Assembly (NCBI RefSeq): GCF_001194135.2 | Contig: NC_068981.1 | Span: 186,566,494-186,630,275 of the forward strand | Source of the DNA: Octopus bimaculoides | Taxonomy: Eukaryota | Length of the DNA: 63,782 nt | Direction of reading: 5' to 3' | Position numbers and translations under genes: made by a program | Part shown: piece after piece, positions 13,283 through 25,500 of the stretch | Position numbering within the stretch: position 1 is the first letter of the stretch | Layout: each line of letters starts with the position of its first letter | Notes under the pieces: model-generated | Seen by the model: the letters and a program-made list of their open reading frames with translations, nothing else | Databases searched by the model: none | Told to the model about the DNA's origin: nothing

Positions 13283-13692
13283 GTTGATATGGTGGAGTTT
13301 TGTAGGTGTACGTTACTGTACGACAATGTGACAATGTTAGCATCGAAAAGATACCACGCGGTTGGTTTAATATGATATGTGTGTAACTGTGTGCAAATTT
13401 GAGGAAGAATGTGTAGGCGTGTGTGTGTGTGTGTGCGCGTGCGCGCGCGTCAGTTATCTCGGCCATTTTGTTCTCGATTTTTGTGGCTTCCTGCTTCATA
13501 CCGTATCGAGATATGTGACTTACTTATAAATGCGTTTGTATGACCTCATATTTCAGTATCTATGTATGTTTAAAGCCGATTCTATGTCCATATCAAGCGT
13601 CTAGCTATGTATAAGTATATAGTTTCATTCACTTGTATCGAGTATCATCTTGTTGGTTATTGTGCCTATGAATGTCTCTGTATGTGAGTGTT

Positions 13693-13837
<145 letters not shown>

Positions 13838-14169
13838 CTTTAAGTGCCCGTCTAGAACAAATTATTAAATATAATATGAACATTTTCTTAAATAGAACAG
13901 AAAACAAACGGCTTTTAAATTTCAGAAGCATTTCTTATTAGCAATGGATTTTAAATTGAAGAGTTTGGCCAAATTCCAATGCGGAATAGTTTCTGGTAGT
14001 GACGTTAACCATTCTGGCCAATGATGAAAATTCTTTGAGCATCAAGTGTCAGAAGCGTGTTGAAGGTGGACAATTCTGAAAGAGATTATCAAAACTGATC
14101 AACAGACTTAGTTAGGCGTGTGGAGTATAAGTTCAAAGTCTATGTAGAAAGTATAATAATAATTATTAT

Positions 14170-14600
14170 CACTAAGTGAGGGAGCAGTGCATGGCATTAA
14201 AGTGACACTGGCGTAAAACATACGAAGCCGAGTATACCCATCACGACTACCCGATAAGGGTACACCAGGCACATGCATCACAACCATATGTACGTGGCAT
14301 GGTAATCTCATATCCAGATGAACAGCGCATGACGTTGCAGGTGGGGCCCAGTTAAAATTTTCTTCAGGTCGAGTATCCCATTCTGCTCAAAAGGTCTCTG
14401 AATAAGGGTTGTTTAAGAATGTTTCCAGAGGTGAATTATTCAAACTCGAAAGAATTCCTCTCAATATATGGCTATGATGCCCGCCACACCATACTGCTTG
14501 TGATCAGAGATGCACATATCGTCAGCCACTTAAGGACATGCTCAACTGGTTACGGTCAAACAACTGACAAGCAAACCTGTGGTATTGAGCAGAATATTTG
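14170..14600. repeat. Probable interspersed repeat of unknown class
   Basis: GC-richer block that starts after an (AAT)-rich run. There is one copy in the window, so repeat status rests on recollection only and is unverified. Confidence 0.3.
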
Positions 14601-14865
14601 ATGCAGTCCGTCTTTTACTCTTAGACGATCTGAAATGTTTCCGAGAGGTAAGTGACACCGTGTATTGCTGCGATCCATCTACGCAAACGTGTCTGAAACC
14701 GGCCAACTTTCGGACATGTTGCGATGGTCGACCCTATCGAAGGCTTTTCACTGATCCAAATTTATCAGAGCCCAACCGATACCTTATTTTTACCCAGTCC
14801 TGATGTAACGCATGAGGTGAAGAACGTCTAATGCGAATTGGATTGCGTCTCCCACCAAACCATCT
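14600..14865 (-). mobile_element. Tx1/L1-like non-LTR retrotransposon RT fragment
   Basis: Minus strand: LHLMRYI…GWALINLDQ*KAFDRVDHR…(frameshift)…RWIAAIHG…LSETFQI. The LDQxKAFDRVDH motif is characteristic of Tx1/L1-clade RT. Confidence 0.75.
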
Positions 14866-14879
14866 GAGGCAAATAATAA

Positions 14880-15075
14880 TAATCCTTCTACTTTAGGTAC
14901 AAGGGCTGAGAGGAGGGGTAAGAGTAAGTCGACTCCAGGGTTCAACTCGTACTTCTTTTATCGACCCAAAACGATAGAAGGTGAAGCCGACCTTAGCTGT
15001 ACTTGAACTCAGAACGTAAACGACAGGCAAAATACCAGTAGCATTTTCTCTAGCATGCTAAAGATTTTTCCAGCT
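14880..15075 (-). mobile_element. SINE family D, decayed
   Basis: TCGACCC…GAAGG..AAG..GACC…TTGAACTCAGAACGTAA matches the reverse complement of the family body. Confidence 0.8.
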
Positions 15076-15124
15076 AACTGCTTAAGATAATAATAATAAT
15101 AACAATAATACTAATAATAATAAT

Positions 15125-15358
15125 GAGAAGAAGAAGAAGAAGAAGAAGAAGAAGAAGAAGAAGAAGAAGATTGTATCCTGATGCAATAAAGAATAAATTT
15201 TCCCTCACACAAAAGAAGAAGAAGAAGAAGAAGAAGAAGAAGAAGAAGAAGAAGAAGAAGAAGAAGAAGAAGAAGAAGAAGAAGAAGAAGAAGAAGAAGA
15301 AGAAGAAGAAGATTGTATCCTGATGCAATAAAGAATAAATTTTCCCTCACACAAAAGA
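15125..15358. repeat. (AGA)n arrays with an exact duplication of a 46-bp unique segment
   Basis: TTGTATCCTGATGCAATAAAGAATAAATTTTCCCTCACACAAAAGA at 15171-15216 and 15313-15358, each preceded by (AGA)n. Confidence 0.97.
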
Positions 15359-16067
15359 GATATTATATTTAATGTGAGTTTGTTGAAACTGTACAAGACT
15401 TATAAATTATGTATCTTCTTGTCTGGTTTTCATTACGTGAGTTCTGCTGAAATGGCTTATGTTCTGCTTACCTATCACTCTTTCATTAGACTTCCTACTA
15501 TCATTTGCATCTTCCAGACAATTCCTTCATTTGTTATGATTTTGCTTGCTAAGTCAGTCAACATATTCCAACTATACATATTTTCTATACAACATTTTCT
15601 ACCGCTTATGTACATTCTACTACTTTCGAATGTATATAACGAGGTTTTTGTATAACCTTTTTAGGCTTTCAAGAAAAGTGTTAGACAAGCTAACTTATAA
15701 ATCTGACTCTATATCTAACACGATGATAGTCAGAAAAACAAGCCTCCACTCGATGTCTAAAAAATAGTGGTTAAGGCTCTCTCAAACCACATATGACTGA
15801 TCTCTTCGATTAAAAAGCGATGAAGTATTGAATAATGTTAGTCCTAGATACACGGCACCTTGCAAACAAAAATTGAATGGTCAGTGTCGAAATGCCTTGA
15901 CCATTGGACTAAACAGCAATAAAAATATAGATGTAAATATGAGCCTTTGGATATTATTAAAAATGATACGATTATTACAGTGTCAATATTTTCAATCTAT
16001 GGAATATATTTCGAACAATAAAAGCATCTTGAAGTTATGTTCGGTATTTCTCAAGGAATACAATATT

Positions 16068-16282
16068 CTTTCCTACTCTAGGCACAGGGCCCGAAATTTT
16101 TGGGGAGGGGGCCAGTCGATTAGATCGACCTCAGTGCGCCACTGGTACTTAATTTATCGACCCCGAAAGGATAAAAGGCAAAGCCGACCTCGGTGGAATT
16201 TGAACTCAGAACGTAACGGCAGACGAAATATCGCTAAGCATTTCGCCCGGCGTGCTAACGTCTCTGCCAGCTCGCCGCCTTA
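16068..16282 (-). mobile_element. SINE family D, full length with target-site duplication
   Basis: Head AAGGCGGCGAGCTGGCAGA and B-box GAGTTCAAATTCC. Flanked by AAGGAATACAATATT (16053-16067) and AAGGGATACAATATT (16283-16297), 14/15 identical. Confidence 0.92.
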
Positions 16283-16399
16283 AAGGGATACAATATTGCG
16301 AGATATGATCTCTGTGAGAATACATTAAACGAAAATAAGCACTAAAATACGTTTATCGTTGTACTAAGTTCCTTGATATTACTTTTGTGTATATCGCAG

Positions 16400-16620
16400 T
16401 TAAGGCGGCTAGCTGGCAGAAGCGCTACCGTACCGGAAAAAACGCTTTAACGACATATCGTCCGTCTTTACGCTTTAAGTTCAAATTCCGCGGTGATATA
16501 CTTTGCCTTTTCTCTTTTGGGGGTCGATAAAATAAGCACTAGATTAGCACTGGGGTTGATATAGTCAACTTGCTCTCTCTCTCAAAATTGCTGGCTTTGT
16601 GCCAAAATTTGAACCAATAT
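16400..16620 (+). mobile_element. SINE family D
   Basis: TAAGGCGGCTAGCTGGCAGAAG head plus family body. Confidence 0.85.
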
Positions 16621-17696
16621 TTTGCATATCGCATTCATGGCTATATAACACCATACAAACCAACAACGAATAGAGGGAACCATTTTTATTAGTTTTTTTT
16701 TTTAATTCAAACAATCTCTATCGTGGGTTGCAGTTTAATACAGATGTACTTCTACGGTTTCCATAAGCCTCTCAAATTAACTGAATTTTTAAAGAACTGT
16801 ACAATGATAAACAAGATAAAGTTTGTTACCATGGTGATCAAACTATAAACTTCAACAAATAGTTTAAGGAGAAATGTACACGACTGTAAGCTTCGAGTAT
16901 CCTTTGATATTTCGTATATTTAAACCTTTCCAACCTAATGTCAATACTGTTAACATTTGGTCAAAGAGGTCGAAATCAAAAGGAACTAATGTACTAACAA
17001 ATCAACCGTGCCATCATTCGCGTTTAATTTCTCATGTTATCGTCTTCACATTCACTTAGAAATATATTCGACTTTATATTTCCGAAAGTGTTACACACAT
17101 TCACGAGTTATTAAATCTAGCAATGTTAAGTTAGGTATTTATTCACTGGAAGAAGAATTTTGTCCATTGATAGGGTAAACGTACTTTCGAATATAAATAC
17201 ATATACACCAGTCGCTTTGCAATTACCTGTCCTTTCTGATTCGTTAGTTATAATATAAACTGCGGCTACACGCCATTACTGAATGCTTTTTACTGTATCA
17301 TCAATTTTCGATATTCTACATAGAATGGCCATTGATTCCCAATTACTGGCAATAACATATTTGCTACAAACCATCACCTTTTATCTTTTACTTATTTCAA
17401 TCATTGGACTGCGGCCATACTGGAAAACTGCCTTGAAAGTTATTTAGTGGGATAAATCGATCACCGGTATTTATTTTTTTTAATCTGGTACTTATTTAGT
17501 GAGTGTGTTTTGCCGAACCGCTTGTTTACGAGAACTTGAACAAGCCAAAACATGTTGTAAAAGCTAGAGAGGACAAACACAAAAACACACACATATACAT
17601 AATCAAATACCCAACGAACGGTGTGAAAAGTGAACGTGCTTTACTGGTAACTTACCAGACGATTCATTGTCTAATAAATATAAACATATATATATA

Positions 17697-17902
17697 TTCT
17701 TTAATCCTTTTACTTCTTTCAGTCATTTGACTACGACCATGCTGGAGCACCACCTTTGGTCGAACAAATCAACACCAGGACTTGTTCTTCATAAGTCTAG
17801 TACTTATTCTATCGGGCTCTTTTGCCGAATCGCTAAGTTACGGGGGTGTAAACACACCAACGTCGATTGTCAAACGATAGTGGAGGGATAAATACAGGCA
17901 AG

Positions 17903-17937
<35 letters not shown>

Positions 17938-18100
17938 GACAGGATTCTTTCAGTTTCCGTCTACCAAATCCAGTCACGAGGTTTTGGTCGGCCCGAGGCG
18001 AAAGTAGAAGACACTTGTCCAAAGTGCGATGAAGTTGGACTGAATCCGAAACCATGTGGTCGGGAAGCAGGCTTCTTACCACACAGTCACTCCTGCACCT
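17697..18100 (-). mobile_element. SINE family C, full length
   Basis: Reverse complement of 21969-22360, including the internal (TA)n. Confidence 0.9.
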
Positions 18101-18111
18101 ATATATATATA

Positions 18112-18505
18112 CAGTAATCAATCGCCATATCGCGGTTCACCTATCGCGCTCTTAGTACATCGTGGATTTATCTGGCTAATATGTGTAAAGTTATATCACG
18201 GATTCTTCAGTATATCACGTGTTCCTGCGGCCGATGGGTATTTATATTTTGATTTATATTTTAATTATTTTGTGGCAAAATAAGAATTTTCACGCCTAAA
18301 AATTAATAAATTGATAAATAACAATAGAGTATAGTACTGCGCTATATAACACATTAATTAAAATATATTAAAAGAAAATACGTAGTGTACCACAGATGAG
18401 AAAACAAAGAATTGCACAAACTGTATGGACTCGGGATGCGAGTGGGTGGTGTTGTTTTGCATTTATAATTAAATATATACAAATTAGAAAAATAATTAGA
18501 AAACA
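18112..18505. mobile_element. Tigger/pogo-like DNA transposon derivative
   Basis: TA|CAGTAA… end and CGCCATATCGCGGTTCACCTATCGCG (18123-18148), which is identical to 44801-44826. Internal homology with 39023-39234. Confidence 0.6.
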
Positions 18506-18512
18506 TTTATAA

Positions 18513-18670
18513 TACGCAGGAATGGCTGTGTGGTATACATAGGCGCAGGAGTAGCTGTGTGGTAAATAGCTTGCTTACCAACGACATGGTTCCGGGTTCA
18601 GTCCCACTGCGCGGCATCTGGCATCTTGAGCAAGTGTCTTCTACTATAGTCTCGGGCCGACTATAGTACA
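18513..18670 (+). mobile_element. SINE family C head, preceded by a duplicated 25-bp head start
   Basis: CGCAGGAATGGCTGTGTGGTA is followed directly by AGGCGCAGGAGTAGCTGTGTGGTA and the family body. Confidence 0.85.
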
Positions 18671-19565
18671 TATATATATATATATATATATATANNNNNN
18701 NNNNNNNNNNNNNNNNNNNNNNNNNNNNNNNNNNNNNNNNNNNNNNNNNNNNNNNNNNNNNNNNNNNNNNNNNNNNNNNNNNNNNNNNNNNNNNNNNNNN
18801 NNNNNNNNNNNNNNNNNNNNNNNNNNNNNNNNNNNNNNNNNNNNNNNNNNNNNNNNNNNNNNNNNNNNNNNNNNNNNNNNNNNNNNNNNNNNNNNNNNNN
18901 NNNNNNNNNNNNNNNNNNNNNNNNNNNNNNNNNNNNNNNNNNNNNNNNNNNNNNNNNNNNNNNNNNNNNNNNNNNNNNNNNNNNNNNNNNNNNNNNNNNN
19001 NNNNNNNNNNNNNNNNNNNNNNNNNNNNNNNNNNNNNNNNNNNNNNNNNNNNNNNNNNNNNNNNNNNNNNNNNNNNNNNNNNNNNNNNNNNNNNNNNNNN
19101 NNNNNNNNNNNNNNNNNNNNNNNNNNNNNNNNNNNNNNNNNNNNNNNNNNNNNNNNNNNNNNNNNNNNNNNNNNNNNNNNNNNNNNNNNNNNNNNNNNNN
19201 NNNNNNNNNNNNNNNNNNNNNNNNNNNNNNNNNNNNNNNNNNNNNNNNNNNNNNNNNNNNNNNNNNNNNNNNNNNNNNNNNNNNNNNNNNNNNNNNNNNN
19301 NNNNNNNNNNNNNNNNNNNNNNNNNNNNNNNNNNNNNNNNNNNNNNNNNNNNNNNNNNNNNNNNNNNNNNNNNNNNNNNNNNNNNNNNNNNNNNNNNNNN
19401 NNNNNNNNNNNNNNNNNNNNNNNNNNNNNNNNNNNNNNNNNNNNNNNNNNNNNNNNNNNNNNNNNNNNNNNNNNNNNNNNNNNNNNNNNNNNNNNNNNNN
19501 NNNNNNNNNNNNNNTATATATATATATATACTTGTGTGTATGTAAGCACCTAGGCTGATATATAC

Positions 19566-19639
<74 letters not shown>

Positions 19640-19640
19640 G

Positions 19641-19701
<61 letters not shown>

Positions 19702-20244
19702 GCATGCATCCATACATACATATAATCATATACAAATCTGAATGTGAAAGTAGGATAAAATAAGAATTTAAGAACCCTCTGGTTATTACTTCTCTGTGAG
19801 GTATTTAGAAGATATGTGAATATGTGCGTGTGTGTCTGTAATTGTGCGTATATATACACACGCTTATGTATGATTTGCAGTTACATATTAACTTTGCCAT
19901 TGCATATTCACATAGTGGGTTTCATGTTGTTATTGTTTTGCTTGTTTTTTAACCATAACAACAATAATAGCAGCAGTAATATGTAATAATAATAATAATA
20001 AAAATAATAATAATGATAATGATATTTCATACGTTCAACTTCAGTCCAATATCTCGTTTTCCTTCTTTGCATATTTTGTTACACACCTCCATATATCACT
20101 GTATCTCTTTTGCTCTCTAACTCTCAAGTTGTATAGGTCTCTAGTTCTCTAGGTCTCTATCACTCAAGCTCCCCATATATTTGTCATTTATCTGTTGCAC
20201 TATTCCAATATATTTCTCTCACATTTTCTCTCTGTTCCTCTCTC

Positions 20245-20290
<46 letters not shown>

Positions 20291-20670
20291 NNNNNNNNNN
20301 NNNNNNNNNNNNNNNNNNNNNNNNNNNNNNNNNNNNNNNNNNNNNNNNNNNNNNNNNNNNNNNNNNNNNNNNNNNNNNNNNNNNNNNNNNNNNNNNNNNN
20401 NNNNNNNNNNNNNNNNNNNNNNNNNNNNNNNNNNNNNNNNNNNNNNNNNNNNNNNNNNNNNNNNNNNNNNNNNNNNNNNNNNNNNNNNNNNNNNNNNNNN
20501 NNNNNNNNNNNNNNNNNNNNNNNNNNNNNNNNNNNNNNNNNNNNNNNNNNNNNNNNNNNNNNNNNNNNNNNNNNNNNNNNNNNNNNNNNNNNNNNNNNNN
20601 NNNNNNNNNNNNNNNNNNNNNNNNNNNNNNNNNNNNNNNNNNNNNNNNNNNNNNNNNNNNNNNNNNNNNN

Positions 20671-20742
<72 letters not shown>

Positions 20743-20815
20743 CCTGACCAATCACGTATCTCTGTCTCTGTCGCTCTCTGTTAACATATCTCTCACCTTC
20801 TCTCATTATCCTTTA

Positions 20816-20880
<65 letters not shown>

Positions 20881-21968
20881 TCTCTCGATTTCTCTCCCTC
20901 TTATATCTTTATTTACTTTTTTCCTTCGAAAAATGAAAACTTATAACTAACTGCAGATCTTAATTAAGGAGATGACTAGAGGGTATATACTATTTTTACA
21001 GAGGAAAGACTTGTGAAGATAACTTCTGCCGACTCATCAGGAACCATTGCAGGATGTTCTGCACACCACCCAGTCTTCCTCCAGCTGTTATCTCGAACCT
21101 TAATGCTTAAATTGCCATTAACAACGACAACAACAACAACAGCAATACTTATGATAACGATTTCGATGTGTCATTCAAACCATCATCGTCAGTGTCATCG
21201 TCATCATCGTCATCATCAACAACAACCACATCGAGATTAAGGTCGCCGCAACAAGACTATAAGTCTCTTAACAAATCTGCTTCTGTTGTCATAGTTTCCA
21301 GTGTCGTCTGGAAACGCAATCTATATATCTAGACCATGCTTGTGCGCACATACAGAGGCATACGCATGCGCTTGCGCATGCATGCACATACACACAGGCC
21401 CACACGCACGCGCGCCAGCACACAGACACAGACACACCAGCACGCACACACACATGCACGCACACGCACGCACCGTACGCACACAAATACTTTCAAACAG
21501 ACAAGAAATATTTCAGGTATGAGGGCGAATTCTTCTAAGTTGATAAACAAGCTTAGAAAAGCCAAGCCTGTATTGGATTATGCACTTATTGGTTGTAAAC
21601 CTCGAAGTGACTAAGGAACGTTAAGTTACAGAGAGATTACAAAAGAAAAGCAGACGGGATAAGCTTCACACAATTTGCAATGATAAAAATGATAAATCTC
21701 TATTAAGAATAAAAATAGGAATACAAAATAGTTATCATGATCTATACGGCAGCCTGTCTCTCTCTTAAAATCTCATATTATCTCAGAATAGACAGATCTT
21801 TGTTCATATGAGTACGATTGAGTTTTTGCTTCGAAGAGATGAAATCGGGATATCTAGATGTGTGCAGTGCAGTTATGCCGCAATATTGTTAGCCTGAATA
21901 CATTATATATCTATAATAAAATATGTAATGCAATATACATTAATACATTATATTATATATATATATAC

Positions 21969-22360
21969 AAGGCGCAGGAGTCGCTGTGTAGTAAGTAGCT
22001 TGCCTACCCACTACATGGTTCCGGGTTCAGTCCCACTGCGTGGCATCTTGGGCAAGTGTCTTCTACTATAGCCTCGGGCCGACCAAAGCCTTGTGAGTGA
22101 ATTTGGTAGACGGAAACTGGAAGAAGCCCGTCGTATATATGTATATATATATATATGTATGTGTGTTTGTGTGTCTGTGTTTTTCCCCCTAACATCACTT
22201 GACAACCGATGCTGGTGCGTTTACGTCTCCGTAACTTAGCGGTTCGGCAAAAGAGACCGATAGAATAAGTACTAGGCTTCCAAAGAATAAGTCCTGGGGG
22301 TCGATTTACTCGACTAAAGGCGGTGCTCCAGCATGGCCGCAACAAGTAAAAGAGTAAAGA
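21969..22360 (+). mobile_element. SINE family C, full-length reference copy
   Basis: tRNA-like head, CORE-like CTTGGGCAAGTGTCTT, internal TA/TG microsatellite, tail ending GGCGGTGCTCCAGCATGGCC…AAGTAAAAGAGTAAAG. It probably belongs to the described octopus tRNA-derived SINEs (OK/OR1/OR2 type); the assignment was not checked. Confidence 0.92.
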
Positions 22361-22509
22361 GAGAGAAACAGTATTGTTGGAAATGAGGATATTACTTTCA
22401 ATATTCATTTCCTTTCGATTGTAATTATCAAATGTTTTCGCTAAAGAGGTACCATAGCCTTTTAGGGTTATGCGCGATGTTGCTGTTAGTCGTTGGAAAT
22501 TATTATTAT

Positions 22510-22866
22510 GGTTTGGTTCAGCTTCGGTCTTATTCCTGGTAGGATTTATGTGGCTTCCGTGTTACTATCTGTAACCTTAGGTTTCTACAAGTTTTTAGCA
22601 GTCTTCCAAGTGCTTCTGATAATCCTTGCTGTCCCTAAGAGCCAAACTTTCTGTAGGAGCTCTACTGAACATTCTCTTTCAATCTCTCCAGTCATTTGTC
22701 GATATTTTTGCTTACTGTCCCCAACGCACCAATTATTATAGACACGACCTTTACTGTTCGCATGTTCCATATTATTCCTATTTCAAATTTGAAGGGATTG
22801 TATCTTTTTATGATCCTGGAATCAAACAGGCATGATGGATCAATAAGTAAACAATTTCCCATTTCC
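22510..22866 (-). mobile_element. RLE-type (Dong/R4-like) non-LTR retrotransposon 3' end
   Basis: Minus strand: CLLIDPSCLFDSRI…IWNMRTVKVVSIIIGALGTVSKN…VELLQKVWLLGTARIIR. This is the typical restriction-like endonuclease C-terminus. Confidence 0.8.
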
Positions 22867-22869
22867 TTA

Positions 22870-22918
<49 letters not shown>

Positions 22919-22946
22919 GTTATTATTATTATTGTTGTTGTTGTTG

Positions 22947-23160
22947 TTAAGGCGGCGAGCTGGCAGAATCGGTAGCACGCTGGACGGAGTGCTTAGCGGT
23001 ATTTCGCCCATCGCTACGTTCCGAGTTCAAATTCCGCCGAGGTCGACTTTGCCTTTCGTCCTTTCGGGGTCTATAAATTAAATACCAGTGAAACACTGGG
23101 GTCGATGTAATCGATTTAATTCCCCACCTCCAAGCTGCCCTTATGACAAAAATTTGAAAC
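22947..23160 (+). mobile_element. SINE family D, full length
   Basis: TAAGGCGGCGAGCTGGCAGAATCGGTAGCACG head and GAGTTCAAATTCCGCCGAGGTCGAC body. Confidence 0.92.
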
Positions 23161-23341
23161 CATTATTATCATTATTGTTGTTGTTACTACTTATACTACT
23201 AATACAACTATTATTATTATTGTTGTTTTTGTTATAATCAGAGAGATATTGTAAACACGATGTAATTTTTTATTCCTTTAAACAAAATCTGGAATTCTTC
23301 ATCATATAAAGAACGTCTTTTACTCTCTTTTTTCTTTTCAG

Positions 23342-23480
23342 GATTCAAAACCGAACCTATATCTTGAAAAACAACTAAAAAGACAAGATATTAGAAGTGC
23401 AAAAACAGGGTTAAAAAAAAGCTGCTGTATCCTTCAGAAAAACTGAAGAGTGGACATGACCAAGAGATCGCAAACAACAG
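23342..23480 (+). other. Candidate internal exon (139 nt), host gene unknown
   Basis: Long pyrimidine tract plus TTTTCAG| acceptor and a consensus CAG|GTAAGT donor. No frame is fully open as assembled. Confidence 0.45.
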
Positions 23481-24127
23481 GTAAGTTGAATATTTATTTG
23501 CTGCAGACTTACTAAACGAAACAGATGATCGTCAATATACAGACACACCTTTTAACTAACTGCCCCTGTTGAGTAACGTTACTCCAGATATCTTTTGGAG
23601 GAATCCATTTCGGCATTATCATGCATTTGATCGTATTTCGTGTTTATCTTAATGAAACAGCTGTTGAGCACAAAGTATTAACTATATATGAAATTAATGC
23701 ATTTTGGCTGCCCTTAAAGTCATTTTAGCCGATTATGTATATACATGCATGTCGTCCCCATGTAATGTAAATAAAATTCTGGCGTTTAACGAATTGATGT
23801 CAATTGAACTCTTAATGACTGTGATTTTCTTTATTGTACATCAATTCTGTATATAGATAGATAGATATACAACTAGAGAGAGAAAAAATACATTTATGCA
23901 AGAGTGTGTGTGTGTGTGTGCGTGTGTACGTGTGTGTAATGTGTGCGTGTGAAAAAGATAAAGTGAGCGAGCGTATTTCACAATGAATTGATATGCAAAA
24001 ACTAATCTCATAATAATATTTACCCGGAAGCGAGTATGCTGATACCTACATTGTTCTTGCATTGTGGTTGTGTAATAGATAGAACAAGTCAGAGATTGAG
24101 TAATTCAGTTATTCCACCGCTCTCTGT

Positions 24128-24217
<90 letters not shown>

Positions 24218-24560
24218 ATTTGTGTATATATGAAGATAATTCGCCGCTAACATCTTTATAACGTTTATAATAACTTTCAAACTTAACTGTTTCATAAAAT
24301 TTAAACTCAGCAAATGATTCCTTCTGCTGCATTTGTTCGTTTTGATTAATTCCAAGTGACTGTTGTGATAATATGCAAGTTCGCAGAAGTTTCTTTTTAA
24401 GAAATATATTTTCGTCTGCATATATTCCACTTAGTCTACATTTGTAGCAATAAGATAAGACATTTTTTGTCACTTCAGAAAAAAAAGTTACGTTTTTCAA
24501 TTGACGTTTTATATATAGATACACACACATTCTCATACACACGCACTCAAATACACACAC

Positions 24561-24593
<33 letters not shown>

Positions 24594-25096
24594 GAACACA
24601 TACACACATATCAAACAGAAGATTTTGAAATGTCTACATCAAACGATATGAAAATAATCTCCCGCTATAGTTTGATATATAGGTACGTGTCTGTATCCTC
24701 ATATATAATGTTTGTTAGTGTATGTCTGTGACTACGTCTGTGTGGGGGGGGGGGTGTCTAGACGCACTCATGTTTGCGTACTCACCTGATTTATGTCTAT
24801 CTGTGTCTTACACTCTGCCAAAAAATACTAGCCTCCTAGGTCATATCACCGATTCGACTCTGCATGAAGAAAACCTGGTAATTTTTGGAAGCTATTAAGA
24901 GGCCAGACATCTATAGCATTTCCAAGACTGAATACGTCGCATTTCTATTAAAACATCTCTGAGTTAGAAACTTCTTCAGCAGGTGAGCGTGACCAAACAA
25001 TAAGTGTACCCCACACAGGCATAAAAACACACACACACACCCATATATATATGTGTGTGTGTGTGTGTATGTATATATATATATATATATATGCAC

Positions 25097-25500
25097 ACCG
25101 TGGCTGTGTATTAATAAGTTTGCTTCCCAACCTCATACTTCCGGGTTCAGTCCCATTGTGTGGCATCTTAGGCAAGTGTTCTGTTATAGTCGTGGGCTGG
25201 ACCAATGCCTTGTGAATGGATTTGGTAGACGGAAACTGAAGGAAGCCTTTCATATATATGTGTATACGTGTCTGTGTGTCTTTATGTCTGTGTTTATCCC
25301 GCACCAGTGCTTGACAACCGGCGCTGGTGTGTTTATGTCCCCATGACTTAGCGGTTCGGGAAAAGTAGCCCGATAGAGAAAGTAGCAGGCTAAATATAAA
25401 AATGAGCACTGATATCGATTCGTTAGATTTAAAATCCTTCAAGGCGGTGCCCCAGCATGGCCGCAGTCTAATGACTGAAACAAGCTAATGATAAAAGATA
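25097..25500 (+). mobile_element. SINE family C, near full length
   Basis: Same head, core and tail as 21969-22360. Confidence 0.88.

Noticed and set aside
24930-25000. Minus-strand CTGAAGAAG…GAAATGCGAC, hammerhead-like
   Set aside because: The flanks do not pair and the cleavage triplet is not recognisable.
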